Of a stretch of 64,000 bases of DNA, positions 37,039-46,608 are shown piece by piece; position 1 is the first letter of the stretch, and every line of letters starts with the position of its first letter. The position numbers and the translations under genes were made by a program. Source of the DNA: an uncultured Acidimicrobiia bacterium (GTDB lineage Bacteria > Acidobacteriota > Terriglobia > Versatilivoradales > Versatilivoraceae). The DNA lies in the NCBI GenBank assembly GCA_963786955.1, contig CAWBAT010000008.1, positions 480,001 through 544,000 on the forward strand, read 5' to 3'. Under the pieces are notes generated by a model. That model worked only from the letters and a program-made list of their open reading frames with translations, was not told the origin of the DNA and searched no databases.

Positions 37039-39332
37039 GTGCGGACACGAAGCTCTTGAGGCGGTTTGTTTGGATCCACTTGCTCGGTCTCAAATAAGTG
37101 GAGCAGCGTTGTTTTCACGATATATTTCAGCCGGGCCATATTGTCGATTTCGATGGGCACGGGAAGCACCGGCTCTCCCTTGGCGTATTTAGAGGCATTG
37201 CGGCCAATCACTCGATAAGACTGCAACGTGAGGTTGGGAGCCTGGGGAAATAGTTCCAAATTGTTCAGCGGCTCAAGGTCTTTACGGTGAATTACGGTGG
37301 TCCCTTTCGATTGAATTCCAATGCTGACCCCGGAGCCGCTTAACTGAGCGCCGGCGTGGCCGATGAAGCCGCAATCGGAGGTGGAGTAAATTTTGACGAC
37401 TCGCGCCGTCATCCCCTCCTCCTCGATTCCTCGGATGATGGCTTTCAAAACCTCCTCATGAGGCAGACCCAGGAGCGTGGCGTCCAAAGCGGATCCAAAA
37501 GCCGGCCCCACCGCCACGACGATTTCTTCAATTTGGCGGCTGGCGGCGGCCTGACCAATCTCTTCCAAGAGACCCTGGAGTTGGTCGCGGCTCGCCCTGC
37601 CGATCTGTCTCGGATCCTTGGCCTGCGGGATGCCAGCCAATTCCTGCCAACGTTCTCCGCTCAGCCGGTATCCGGTTCCGGGCCCCTGATAGTCATTCGC
37701 ATCATTGAGCGCGCTAAGGACTCGTAAGTGAATCGAGGAGTTATTCTGTTGGCTGATGGAATCTTCGAAACCATTGACCGAGCCGGCCCCCTCGGCTTCC
37801 GCCAAGAGCACAGCAGAAGTTTGAAGGTAATCCCCCGAGATTCGAAGTTTTTGAATCTGTAATATCTTTTCGGCAATATCGCGAAATCCACGCCTCGCCA
37901 GGGCTCGAATCACATCCAGACCGTTCCGGCCCTGCAGCAGGAAATTCTCCGCGGCCGCGAGATCGGCCACGACCTCTCGATCGGGCATGTCGGCACTGCT
38001 GCGGGCAACCACTGCGGCCTGAACCTCCGCAGCGGTGATCGCCGGCAGTCCCAGGTCTGCAAAGACCGCTTGAATGGCCTGCGCCGCACGTCTTCGGACG
38101 TCCATCACTTCTGTTTCGCGAACCGGGCGAACTCCACCGTCCACCTGCATGTCGCGCTGCAAGATGTTATAGTCATCCAGGTCATCTGAGTCGAAATTGC
38201 CGCCACCGAAAAGATTGTCTTCTCTCGGCATGGAACTGTATCCCGAAAAGATGAAATCGGTCCCCGGCAAGAACTGCAACATCAGCTTCGAAGCCTTTCG
38301 AATCTGAGAATGAGATGCCATGGCATCATTGCCTGAGGCGATTTCCAGGTCAAGAAGGGCAGCGATGAGGTTTTCAGCCAAGACGCCGCGAACTCCTCCG
38401 GGCAGCGACTCAGGAAGAGCAATGCAACTGATTGAACCGTTCTGCACTCCCTGAGAGCCAGCGCCTTTGATGGCGACCAGACATCGTGTCTCCAGGTACA
38501 GCATCGATTTGCCTTCGGCATGACCCATCAGTGCTTCAGAGCCCGAACCTGAAGTAAATCGCACTTTGATACCCCGAGAGGCATAGGCAGATGCCAGGAA
38601 GGCTTTGGACCAGGGTGTGTCGTCCCCATCGCGAAAGGCCGGTTCTGTTCCATACACCGAGAGCGTCTCTGCATAGGTCGTGAGTCCCAGCCAGGCCAGT
38701 TTCAAGCTGAGAGCTTCTTCAACGGCGCATTGAGTGAGAGCCGTTCCCCTCCCGGTCTGGGAGCCGATTAAGACAGCCATGGCATTGAATGGCGCATAGC
38801 GGGACACACCTACGGTGGTTTCCAACTCCGAAAACCCCCTCTCTACAGCCTCAGCCGCATCCGCCGCGAGTAACGCGGGATTTTCCTTTCGGTTGGTGAC
38901 GTGGGCCTGATTCGAAGGAGTTCTCCGTGCCCGCATTTTCTGCAAAGCCATCATCATCTCGACCACATTGAGATGGTTCACCACTTCCATGATTTTTGCC
39001 GGAGTCAGCCCGCTGAAGACTTTCACCACTTCCTCGCGAGGGCTCTGGAAGTCCACAAGTTTGCGGGCGATGGCGAGGGGATTCATGGCCATGCTCTTTC
39101 TGGCTCTCGAGGGGTCAATGGCATAACGGGCGATGAATCGATCGATCACATCGAATTCTGCTTCGGTCTTGCCATCCAACTCGGTGATTCTTCCATCGAC
39201 AACACGGATCTGAGGCTTGGGATCACCCGGGCTGTTGAACACAATGAGCCCGGTCTCGGGCCATTCGTGGATAAAGCTGTCTTTGTTAATGTCTCGCTGA
39301 GATCGAGATTGGAAGCGCTTGGAGCGATTCAT
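37035..39332 (-). CDS. pduC: B12-dependent diol/glycerol dehydratase, fused large (alpha) + medium (beta) subunits
   Basis: Alpha part: RSKRF, NVVEMMMALQKMRARRTP, ETTVGV.RYAPFNA, YAETLSVYGT, DGDDTPWSK, QNGS. Continues in frame into beta: VAVGPAF, GIEEEG, LSGSGVSIGIQSKGT, NLELFPQAP. Confidence 0.93.
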   Translation of the reverse strand: MNRSKRFQSRSQRDINKDSFIHEWPETGLIVFNSPGDPKPQIRVVDGRITELDGKTEAEFDVIDRFIARYAIDPSRARKSMAMNPLAIARKLVDFQSPREEVVKVFSGLTPAKIMEVVNHLNVVEMMMALQKMRARRTPSNQAHVTNRKENPALLAADAAEAVERGFSELETTVGVSRYAPFNAMAVLIGSQTGRGTALTQCAVEEALSLKLAWLGLTTYAETLSVYGTEPAFRDGDDTPWSKAFLASAYASRGIKVRFTSGSGSEALMGHAEGKSMLYLETRCLVAIKGAGSQGVQNGSISCIALPESLPGGVRGVLAENLIAALLDLEIASGNDAMASHSQIRKASKLMLQFLPGTDFIFSGYSSMPREDNLFGGGNFDSDDLDDYNILQRDMQVDGGVRPVRETEVMDVRRRAAQAIQAVFADLGLPAITAAEVQAAVVARSSADMPDREVVADLAAAENFLLQGRNGLDVIRALARRGFRDIAEKILQIQKLRISGDYLQTSAVLLAEAEGAGSVNGFEDSISQQNNSSIHLRVLSALNDANDYQGPGTGYRLSGERWQELAGIPQAKDPRQIGRASRDQLQGLLEEIGQAAASRQIEEIVVAVGPAFGSALDATLLGLPHEEVLKAIIRGIEEEGMTARVVKIYSTSDCGFIGHAGAQLSGSGVSIGIQSKGTTVIHRKDLEPLNNLELFPQAPNLTLQSYRVIGRNASKYAKGEPVLPVPIEIDNMARLKYIVKTTLLHLFETEQVDPNKPPQELRVRT

Positions 39333-39396
39333 AATCAGGTAGCTCCGGCAAAGCTGGAGGCTTAGTCTTGCAAAACTAAAAGTGGCCGACTTCGAG

Positions 39397-39440
39397 ATTC
39401 CCCCTTTGCAGGGGCGCACCGTCGGCTGCGGGGGATGTCT
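39397..39440. repeat. GC-rich hairpin, REP-like element upstream of the dehydratase gene
   Basis: gattccccctttgcaggggcgcaccgtcggctgcgggggatgtc folds into a nested hairpin. Confidence 0.35.
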
Positions 39441-39637
39441 TGCTCGAATAGAACTTAGCTATAGGCTGCGCGGGCATCCCTTTGCACCCCGAAGACTCTT
39501 TCAAAGATCTCGATCTTCGCAGTCATAATACATTCGAACTGGCCGATGGGAGAAGCCAGTGGGATGCTCCCTTCGCTCGCGACTTGGAACCTTTACAGAT
39601 TAGCGGGTTTCTCATACCAAAGGATTATCACTCAGCA

Positions 39638-40609
39638 TTACCGGGGGAAGATCGGTGCAATGCCCGAAGCATGGACCATCAGCGTTTTCTCTTCATCCAG
39701 CTGAATTGGCTCAAATGTCTGCGCCACGTCCATAGCCAGGCGGAAGTACTTCTCGTCTCCTGGCGGGAGCGCTGCTGTAATGGGTTGTGAAAGCGTCCAG
39801 CGCAGCCCAAGGGTGGCTTCGTCTGGGAAAGCTGCAGGTTGATACCAGCACTGGGGATTGGGGCGCTCACTTTCCTTCATGGCTTTGGGCCATTTGGTCT
39901 TTGCCATCGCTTTAAGTGCCAGGATACCCACTCGTTTCTGGCGCGCCCTTTCCACGACCTGCGGTCCGAAGTTTCCTTGTGAATAGAGGACGAAATTAAT
40001 TGGGAAAAGTATCGTATCGAACTCATAACGGTCAAGGCACGCATATGCAGCCTCGACAGAGTGAGCCGAAAACCCGATCAAACGCACTTTCCCTGCCTTC
40101 CTGGCAGCCTGATAGGCTTCCATCGCCCCGTCAGGACCAAACACCGCATTCACTTCATCTATCGTCGTTAGAGCATGAAACTGGTAAAGGTCGATATGAT
40201 CCGTGCGCAGCTGTCGAAGAGATTCTTCAAGCTCTTTTGCAGCCCCACTTTTGGTCCGATTCCCACTCTTGCATGCGAGAAATGAACGATTGCGATAAGG
40301 CGCAAGCGCAGGCCCTAGACGCTCCTGAGCGTTGCCGTATGTTGGAGCGACGTCGAAATAATTGATGCCCCGATCGTACGCCTCGGCGACTATGTTATTG
40401 GCAAAGGACTGTTCAGTACCCCTGACGGCGACCCCCCCGAAGCCGACAATGGAAAGTTCTATACCCGTCTTACCCAGGGGCCGCCTGGGAACCGGCGGTA
40501 GTCTACCCGCCGAGTCATTGGCTTTAGCCAGCGGTTCGACGACCTTGTTCGAAACCATACAGCCAGCAACCGCAGCCGTACCCTTTTTTAAAAAGATTCG
40601 TCGGTCCAT
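39638..40609 (-). CDS. Tat-exported aldo/keto reductase
   Basis: DRRIFLK Tat motif; FDVAPTYG, LACKS, LRTDHIDLYQFH and IGFSAH motifs. Confidence 0.92.
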   Translation of the reverse strand: MDRRIFLKKGTAAVAGCMVSNKVVEPLAKANDSAGRLPPVPRRPLGKTGIELSIVGFGGVAVRGTEQSFANNIVAEAYDRGINYFDVAPTYGNAQERLGPALAPYRNRSFLACKSGNRTKSGAAKELEESLRQLRTDHIDLYQFHALTTIDEVNAVFGPDGAMEAYQAARKAGKVRLIGFSAHSVEAAYACLDRYEFDTILFPINFVLYSQGNFGPQVVERARQKRVGILALKAMAKTKWPKAMKESERPNPQCWYQPAAFPDEATLGLRWTLSQPITAALPPGDEKYFRLAMDVAQTFEPIQLDEEKTLMVHASGIAPIFPR

Positions 40610-41103
40610 AACTACCTATTCTAATTGAAATCTTTCATTCCAAATGTATCTTTTGTGAAAAACTTTATCTCATTCATTCTCACGCTCGTAGCCAAATCAT
40701 CGACACGAACACCCGACTCATGTGTGGAGCAAAACTTCAGAAAACAGTAATTGGGGGCGCGAATGAAAATACCCGTCTCAAACCGTGTGATTAAAATAAA
40801 GCGTGTCCTAAAAGGAATCTCCATATTGAACACCAAGCCGAAAGAATTTGGTAGGCAATCGTCGAGAAGGACCGCTAAGTCACTGGGCGGTTGCTTTGCG
40901 AGTCACAATGAGTCTGACAAAGTCTCAAAGAAGGATCCTGAGCCTTTCCATACTCTATGATCGCCAGGAGCAAAAAGGCTCCACATTATTTCGAGGATGC
41001 TAGAATTCAATACCCATCAGTTCTTTCGGGTAGAAGTATTCCTTTACAACAGGATTAATTGCCAAGAGTAAGACGGCTGTCCTTAAAGGCAGCGTGACAA
41101 GAT

Positions 41104-42435
41104 CTATTTCGACTTGTCGGATTCCCACACATGAAGTTGTGCCAGAATGCTCTTGCTGATTTTCGCCACGACGTGCTGCTGCGGGTCAACAATTTCCGCA
41201 ATGTCGTAGCGGATTCCCGTACCCAACACAATTGCGAGTTCAGCGGAGTTCAACTGGTAATCGCTTTCGAGCCATTTCATAAGTTCGGATGTAGCCAACT
41301 GCATTGCGTCGGTCAACGAGCCGCCTATTCCCATCGCCATCAGAAAATCATCGTTTTCCGCGCGAGGGGATTTGCTCGACTTGTCCGGCACGAGTTCCAC
41401 AGTGAACTCCACATCGAAAGAGGTTTCCAGCGCTGCCAGCTCACCGTCTCCCTCGGCAGCGTGTCCATCCCCAAAGAAGAGCAGAGCACCAGGATGGAAC
41501 ACAGGGAGGTATACCGTCGTACCCTCACGAAGCTGGTTGTAGTCTAAGTTTCCACCGAAGTCCCCCAATAAATGGGCAGACCACGATTGCTGGTCTCTAG
41601 GCGCCACACCAATGCATCCAAGAGTCGGATGCAAAGGGACGACGTAGTCCTTAAGGGCTGGCGTCGGGTTGGCTAATTTAGCCACATTATGTTCCCGGTC
41701 GAGATTCCAATGGCTATCAAAATTCTCAATCGATCTGATCTGTGAGATGTAATCGGGAGCAACCACTGCGGGATTAATCTTGTGGCCGCTTATGGCCGAA
41801 TCACGGTTGAGCCGAATACGGGAGAAATGAACAACTAGAGTGTCACCCGGCAATGCGCCTTCCACATAAAACGGTCCAGTCAGCGGATTGCCCTCATTTC
41901 CTCGCCGCACCAGGTTCTCGTCGAGCCCCAGTGCATCGATGGTTTTCGTTCGGACAGTATCCCCCGGAAAAATTCGCAACGCTGGGGGAAAAGCATAAGA
42001 AAAGGCGAGGTAATAGTTGTGAGGTTGGAAGTCATGAGTGTGCGACGCCCCAGGGGGGCGGGCACTTGGACGCCGTGCGGTCCATTTACTTTCCCCGCCA
42101 GCAACTCTTCCTTCGCCAGCCATTTCTCCGTGTTGCAGTCTCCCTGCGAACTCTCCATAAACTTCTCCATTCGGGCGCCGAACCTGGAACTCCACTGTCT
42201 TGTCGTTGAAACTTCCCTTAACACTCATGCCGCCGGTATGGCCGACGATACGGTCCCCCGTAAGGTCAAGCCTTAAGCGGCAAACATTCTCTACTCCAAA
42301 AGTCACAACCGTCATTTCCCACACACCAGCAATTTCATTGGTCTGTGGCGTTTGGGTGGACTGGCCAGCGTTAACGACTGGATTTCCGCTTGAACACAAG
42401 GCAGCCAATGCGATGGTGCTAGTAAAACGCTTCAT
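41104..42435 (-). CDS. Exported acetamidase/formamidase family protein with N-terminal beta domain
   Basis: NPLTGPFYVEGALPGD, FGGNLD and GDGHAAEGDGE motifs; N-terminal signal-like segment. Confidence 0.9.
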   Translation of the reverse strand: MKRFTSTIALAALCSSGNPVVNAGQSTQTPQTNEIAGVWEMTVVTFGVENVCRLRLDLTGDRIVGHTGGMSVKGSFNDKTVEFQVRRPNGEVYGEFAGRLQHGEMAGEGRVAGGESKWTARRPSARPPGASHTHDFQPHNYYLAFSYAFPPALRIFPGDTVRTKTIDALGLDENLVRRGNEGNPLTGPFYVEGALPGDTLVVHFSRIRLNRDSAISGHKINPAVVAPDYISQIRSIENFDSHWNLDREHNVAKLANPTPALKDYVVPLHPTLGCIGVAPRDQQSWSAHLLGDFGGNLDYNQLREGTTVYLPVFHPGALLFFGDGHAAEGDGELAALETSFDVEFTVELVPDKSSKSPRAENDDFLMAMGIGGSLTDAMQLATSELMKWLESDYQLNSAELAIVLGTGIRYDIAEIVDPQQHVVAKISKSILAQLHVWESDKSK

Positions 42436-42631
42436 GTTTATTTCACCTCATAGAAGATTGCGGTTGTTTCCAGACCTATTTCTGTTTAAGACAAAGGGAA
42501 CTAAATTGTCAAGTTTGAACGCTCCTTTTACAATGCCATTGGTCTCATCTGTTCGTCCTCGCAAGTTCCCTAGGCTGAAATAATAGAACCTATTGGGTGG
42601 GGGAATAATCTCGCGAACGATTTAGACAGCT

Positions 42632-42649
42632 GGATTCATTTTTGAAGTA
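42632..42649. promoter_or_regulatory. Palindromic operator candidate ggaTTCAttttTGAAgta
   Basis: Core 42635..42646, centred 65.5 bp upstream of TTGACA at 42706, in a divergent intergenic region. Confidence 0.62.
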
Positions 42650-42705
42650 TATATAGAGTCTATTGGTCGTCAATGGCATTCTTACTTCTAAGATGAAACA
42701 AATAC

Positions 42706-42738
42706 TTGACACAAATCCTCTAGGAAGATATATATAAT
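42706..42738 (+). promoter_or_regulatory. Sigma70-type promoter (TTGACA followed by a TATATATAAT tract)
   Basis: Perfect -35 box; the -10 register is ambiguous within 42729..42738. Confidence 0.55.
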
Positions 42739-42887
42739 TTCAACTTTATCTCTTTGCTTTTGTTTGATTGAAAATGGCTGATATCGATCCTCTTGATAAG
42801 GAATTGACCTTTAGAGGTGGCGCCAAGATTGTGTCATAAGGATTTAATCAGAACAGTGTCGGCTGTAAGGCATTCCAAGGGGGGGGC

Positions 42888-44612
42888 ATGACAAAGGTCT
42901 TGCGTAGTTCTCGCTGGTTCGCTCGGAACGATGAAAATGCCCTCAAGAGCCGGGCGGCGTTGCGGTGTGAAGGATTTACTTCGCGAGCCTTTGAGGGCAG
43001 GCCTGTAGTGGGTATCTGCAATTCGTGGAGTGAATTCAATAATTGTAATGCTCACCTGCGTGCGGTTGCAGAGGCCGTAAAGCGGGGAGTGTGGGCGGCA
43101 GGCGGGTTCCCACTGGAGTTTATGACGATATCGCTGGGCGAAGAGCTCATGATGCCCACGGCCATGCTCTATCGAAACCTAATGGCTATGGATATAGAGG
43201 AAATGATTCGTTCGAACCCAATGGACGGCGTCGTTCTGCTTTGCGGCTGCGACAAAACCACTCCTGCCCAACTCATGGGGGCGGCAAGCATGGATATTCC
43301 CGCGATCATGATTCCAGGGGGGCCTATGCTTAGTGGCATGTGGAGGAATCAACCTCTGGGATCTGGGACTGACCTTTGGAAGTACTGGGATGAACGGCGT
43401 GCCGGCCGTATGAGTGATACGGAGTGGCAAGAATTTGAGGGCGCCATGGCGCGTGGTCCCGGGCACTGTAATACGATGGGCACCGCAAGTACGATGACGA
43501 GCTTGGCCGAGGCTTTGGGGATGACCCTTCCAGGTTGCGCCAACATTCCCGCCGTCGATTCGCAACGCTATGCTATTGCTGAGACAAGTGGGCGCCGAAT
43601 TGTGGAGCTGATAAAAGAGGACATTCGACCATCGCGCGTCATGACCTCCGCAGCAATTGAGAATGCCATTTGCGTCGCTGCGGCGATAGGAGGATCCACA
43701 AACGCGGTGATCCATCTTATCGCGATCGCAGGACGATTAGGCATAACTTTGTCGCTCGAGAAATTCGACGCAATTTCTCGCACAACACCTGTCATTGCCA
43801 GCGTTCAACCGTCGGGGAAATACCTGATGGACCAATTCTACCATGCAGGGGGCCTCCCCGCTTTGATGCGGGAGATCCTGCCGCTTTTGCACGGGGACCA
43901 GCTCACCGTCAATGGCCGAACGATCGCTGAAAATGTGGAATGCGCGCAGTGCTATGACCGTGACGTGATTCGTCAGCTTGATAACCCCGTGCACCCGAAA
44001 GGTTCGCTTGCTGTGCTTTATGGCAACCTCGCCCCGAACGGTGCGGTCATCAAGACGTCAGCGGCTTCCAAGCACCTCCTTCAGCACACCGGCCCTGCCC
44101 TGGTCTTTGAAAACTACGAGGAAATGACCGAGCGAATCGATGATCCTTGCCTGAATGTCAATGAGAAGAATGTGCTTTTGCTGAAAAATGCGGGTCCTGT
44201 CGGCGGACCGGGGATGCCCGAGTGGGGCCAAATTCCAATACCTGCCCAGCTTCTAAAGCGCGGGGTCGTGGACATGGTCCGGATCAGCGACTCACGAATG
44301 AGTGGGACTAGCTATGGTACGGTTATTCTTCACGTCGCGCCTGAGTCCGCCGTGGGTGGCCCCCTCGCGATCGTGCAAAACGGGGATCTGATTCAATTAG
44401 ATGTTGAAAATCGGCGCTTGGACCTGTTGATTCCGAAAGAGGAATTTCAGCGCAGAATGAGTGCCTGGCTTCCTTCTCCGCGGAAATACAGGCGGGGCTA
44501 TTACACCCTGTTCTTAGATCACGTTCTTCAAGCGGATAAGGGATGCGACTTTGATTTTCTTCCTGCTGAGCCGGGCGAAGAACCCTACGAACCCATGATT
44601 GGCCGCACGTGA
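42888..44612 (+). CDS. araD: IlvD/Edd family sugar-acid dehydratase (L-arabinonate dehydratase type)
   Basis: Three Fe-S Cys (CNAH, GCDKTTP, GHCNTMGT), PTAMLYRNL, GSGTDLWKYW and DSRMSGT motifs. Exact substrate not certain. Confidence 0.85.
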   Translation: MTKVLRSSRWFARNDENALKSRAALRCEGFTSRAFEGRPVVGICNSWSEFNNCNAHLRAVAEAVKRGVWAAGGFPLEFMTISLGEELMMPTAMLYRNLMAMDIEEMIRSNPMDGVVLLCGCDKTTPAQLMGAASMDIPAIMIPGGPMLSGMWRNQPLGSGTDLWKYWDERRAGRMSDTEWQEFEGAMARGPGHCNTMGTASTMTSLAEALGMTLPGCANIPAVDSQRYAIAETSGRRIVELIKEDIRPSRVMTSAAIENAICVAAAIGGSTNAVIHLIAIAGRLGITLSLEKFDAISRTTPVIASVQPSGKYLMDQFYHAGGLPALMREILPLLHGDQLTVNGRTIAENVECAQCYDRDVIRQLDNPVHPKGSLAVLYGNLAPNGAVIKTSAASKHLLQHTGPALVFENYEEMTERIDDPCLNVNEKNVLLLKNAGPVGGPGMPEWGQIPIPAQLLKRGVVDMVRISDSRMSGTSYGTVILHVAPESAVGGPLAIVQNGDLIQLDVENRRLDLLIPKEEFQRRMSAWLPSPRKYRRGYYTLFLDHVLQADKGCDFDFLPAEPGEEPYEPMIGRT

Positions 44613-44756
44613 TGCCATCTACCAAGTTGCAAGCAAATGGATACATAAGGGCGAGCTAGCTTCTCTAGCGGGGGCGAACCGGAACAAGTACCCTTGGCGG
44701 AAGGGAAGGAAGGCGTCAACCTTCAGGAGTAAGTCCTTCCCGTTTGCAGCAGTGCT

Positions 44757-44842
44757 ATTTGTCATTGGTCAATTTCCGTTTACCATCTTTCATTTAATCT
44801 TCTCAATGGAAAATGAGAAATGAACAGTGAACAATGACAAAT
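44757..44842. repeat. Inverted array of degenerate heptamers (aatgaca-like) forming a long hairpin
   Basis: atttgtcattggtcaattt...ttcattt followed by aatggaa aatgaga aatgaac agtgaac aatgaca aat. Confidence 0.65.
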
Positions 44843-44886
44843 AAGTCTCCTTTGGAAGACCTCGTGCTCTCGGAGGAGCGCTGACC

Positions 44887-45789
44887 ATGGGTGAAATCGA
44901 GATTGCAGCTGACTTCGGCGACCTCGTCGGCGAAGGACCGGTTTGGGATGCCGACACCGGGGTTCTGTATTGGACGGACCTGGTCGGCCACAAGTTCTGC
45001 CAGCTGACCTGGCTCTCGAAGAAGGCCCAGGTCTTGCGGAATGGAGTTGAAGTGACCGGATTTGCCTTAAACCGTACCGGTGGGTTTGTGGTTGCAAATA
45101 CTCATGGCATTTGGCTGTGGGATGGCGAAGGGAAGATGAGCCTGGTTGTGGCCGAGGTCGATGGCATGATTTGCCGGATGAATGATGCCACCGCCGATCC
45201 TATGGGACGTTTTCTGGCTGGCTCCTGCTTTTACGAGTCGAGCGGGGACTATACGCTTGGGTGCCTGATTTCGCTGAATACAGACGGCCTCGCCACGGTC
45301 ATTGACGAAGGCATTCACCTTTCGAACGGGCTAGGGTTTTCGCCCGATACGGCACAGCTTTATTATACGGATTCGGCGGCGCGGTGCATTTACCGATACG
45401 ATTACAACGCTCGGACAGGTCAGGTCCGTAATCGCTCTGTTCTCGTGCGTGTGCCTGATGATGAAGGCATACCTGATGGGCTTGCCGTGGATGCCGAGGG
45501 GTTTCTCTGGTCTGCCCAGTGGTACGGCAGTTGTGTGGTTCGATACGACCCTGATGGAAAAATCGAACGCCGAATTCCCACTCCGGCCAAACAAACTTCG
45601 TCGGTGGCATTTGGAGGACCGGATCTCACAGACCTGTTCATCACGTCCGCTGCTAGGACATATCCCTCGCCACTCATGCCTCCCGGATATGACCCTCACG
45701 CAGGTTTCATCGGAGGTCCGCTCTATCACCTGAACCTTGGCATTCAGGGGAAGTTGGCCTTCAAGGCAAACGTAAAGCTAACGAAGTGA
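44887..45789 (+). CDS. SMP-30/gluconolactonase family sugar lactonase
   Basis: GEGPVWD, RMND, SNGLGFSPD, PDGLAVDAEG and FGGPDL..LFITSA motifs. RBS ggagga. Confidence 0.93.
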   Translation: MGEIEIAADFGDLVGEGPVWDADTGVLYWTDLVGHKFCQLTWLSKKAQVLRNGVEVTGFALNRTGGFVVANTHGIWLWDGEGKMSLVVAEVDGMICRMNDATADPMGRFLAGSCFYESSGDYTLGCLISLNTDGLATVIDEGIHLSNGLGFSPDTAQLYYTDSAARCIYRYDYNARTGQVRNRSVLVRVPDDEGIPDGLAVDAEGFLWSAQWYGSCVVRYDPDGKIERRIPTPAKQTSSVAFGGPDLTDLFITSAARTYPSPLMPPGYDPHAGFIGGPLYHLNLGIQGKLAFKANVKLTK

Positions 45790-45819
45790 GGGATTGGAAC
45801 TCACGAGGTGGAGTCGCCA

Positions 45820-46536
45820 TTACAAATTTGGCGGTGGCTGCGAAGGCCATATTTCAATGCGGTTGACGAGTGCCCTGGCAGGAAGCTTGTAGAGATCGAT
45901 CACGACCTTGGCGATATCCTCGACGGCCAATTTCCAGGGCTCATACCCTCTGCTTTCCACCGAGACGCTCCCCGTAACAATCTCGCTGACGCGGATGCCA
46001 TCGTGGCGAAGATCTTTCATCATCGTCTCGCTGAATCCACTCAGTCCAGTCTTGGAAGCATTGTAAGCGCTCCCACCAGGGAATAGGACAACCACAGCCA
46101 CACTCGATATATTGAAAATGTATCCACCGCCTTGTTTGCGCATGAGCGGGATGGCTTCGTGGCTGCAGTAAAACACCCCAGAGAGGTTGGTCCCAATCGT
46201 GGTGTCCCACACTTCTGGAGTAATCTGATCAACGGGCTTATAGATGTGACCCACACCAGCGTTATTCACCAAAATGTCAAGACGACCAAATCTTTCTGCG
46301 GCTGCTCGGATTAGGTTGCGGCACACCTCATAGCCCCGGACATCTGCGACCATGCCGTCTATGCACTGCTTGCCGTCCTGCCCAAGCCGGTTGAGAGCCG
46401 TCTTTAATTGCCCTTGGTCGCGGCCACAGATGAAAACTTTTGCCCCTTCAGTCAGAAGTGCTTGGGCGATACCGTAGCCAATTCCTCTTGTACCTCCCGT
46501 GACGATGGCAACCTTGTCCTTCAGCTCCAAACTCAT
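45820..46536 (-). CDS. Short-chain dehydrogenase/reductase
   Basis: TGGTRGIG, NNAG and YNASK motifs. RBS aggagg. Confidence 0.93.
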   Translation of the reverse strand: MSLELKDKVAIVTGGTRGIGYGIAQALLTEGAKVFICGRDQGQLKTALNRLGQDGKQCIDGMVADVRGYEVCRNLIRAAAERFGRLDILVNNAGVGHIYKPVDQITPEVWDTTIGTNLSGVFYCSHEAIPLMRKQGGGYIFNISSVAVVVLFPGGSAYNASKTGLSGFSETMMKDLRHDGIRVSEIVTGSVSVESRGYEPWKLAVEDIAKVVIDLYKLPARALVNRIEIWPSQPPPNL

Positions 46537-46608
46537 CTGGATTCCTCCTATGGCGCATCTGATTGCGCTCAAGAAACCCTTCCAGCTCCGAAAAACGACC
46601 TTAATTTC

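Noticed and set aside
36637-39332. Pdu/microcompartment locus
   Set aside because: No shell proteins, reactivase or PduP/Q/L/W genes, and no N-terminal encapsulation extensions on the subunits.
39340-39630. Cobalamin riboswitch upstream of the B12 dehydratase
   Set aside because: Isolated fragments (aggttc, gaaggga, ccccgca) exist on the minus strand, but the ordered core and B12 box are absent. The GC hairpin looks REP-like. An Rfam scan would settle it.
40621-41100. Short ORFs in the AT-richer gap between the AKR and the acetamidase
   Set aside because: No convincing RBS, motif or homology; treated as intergenic.
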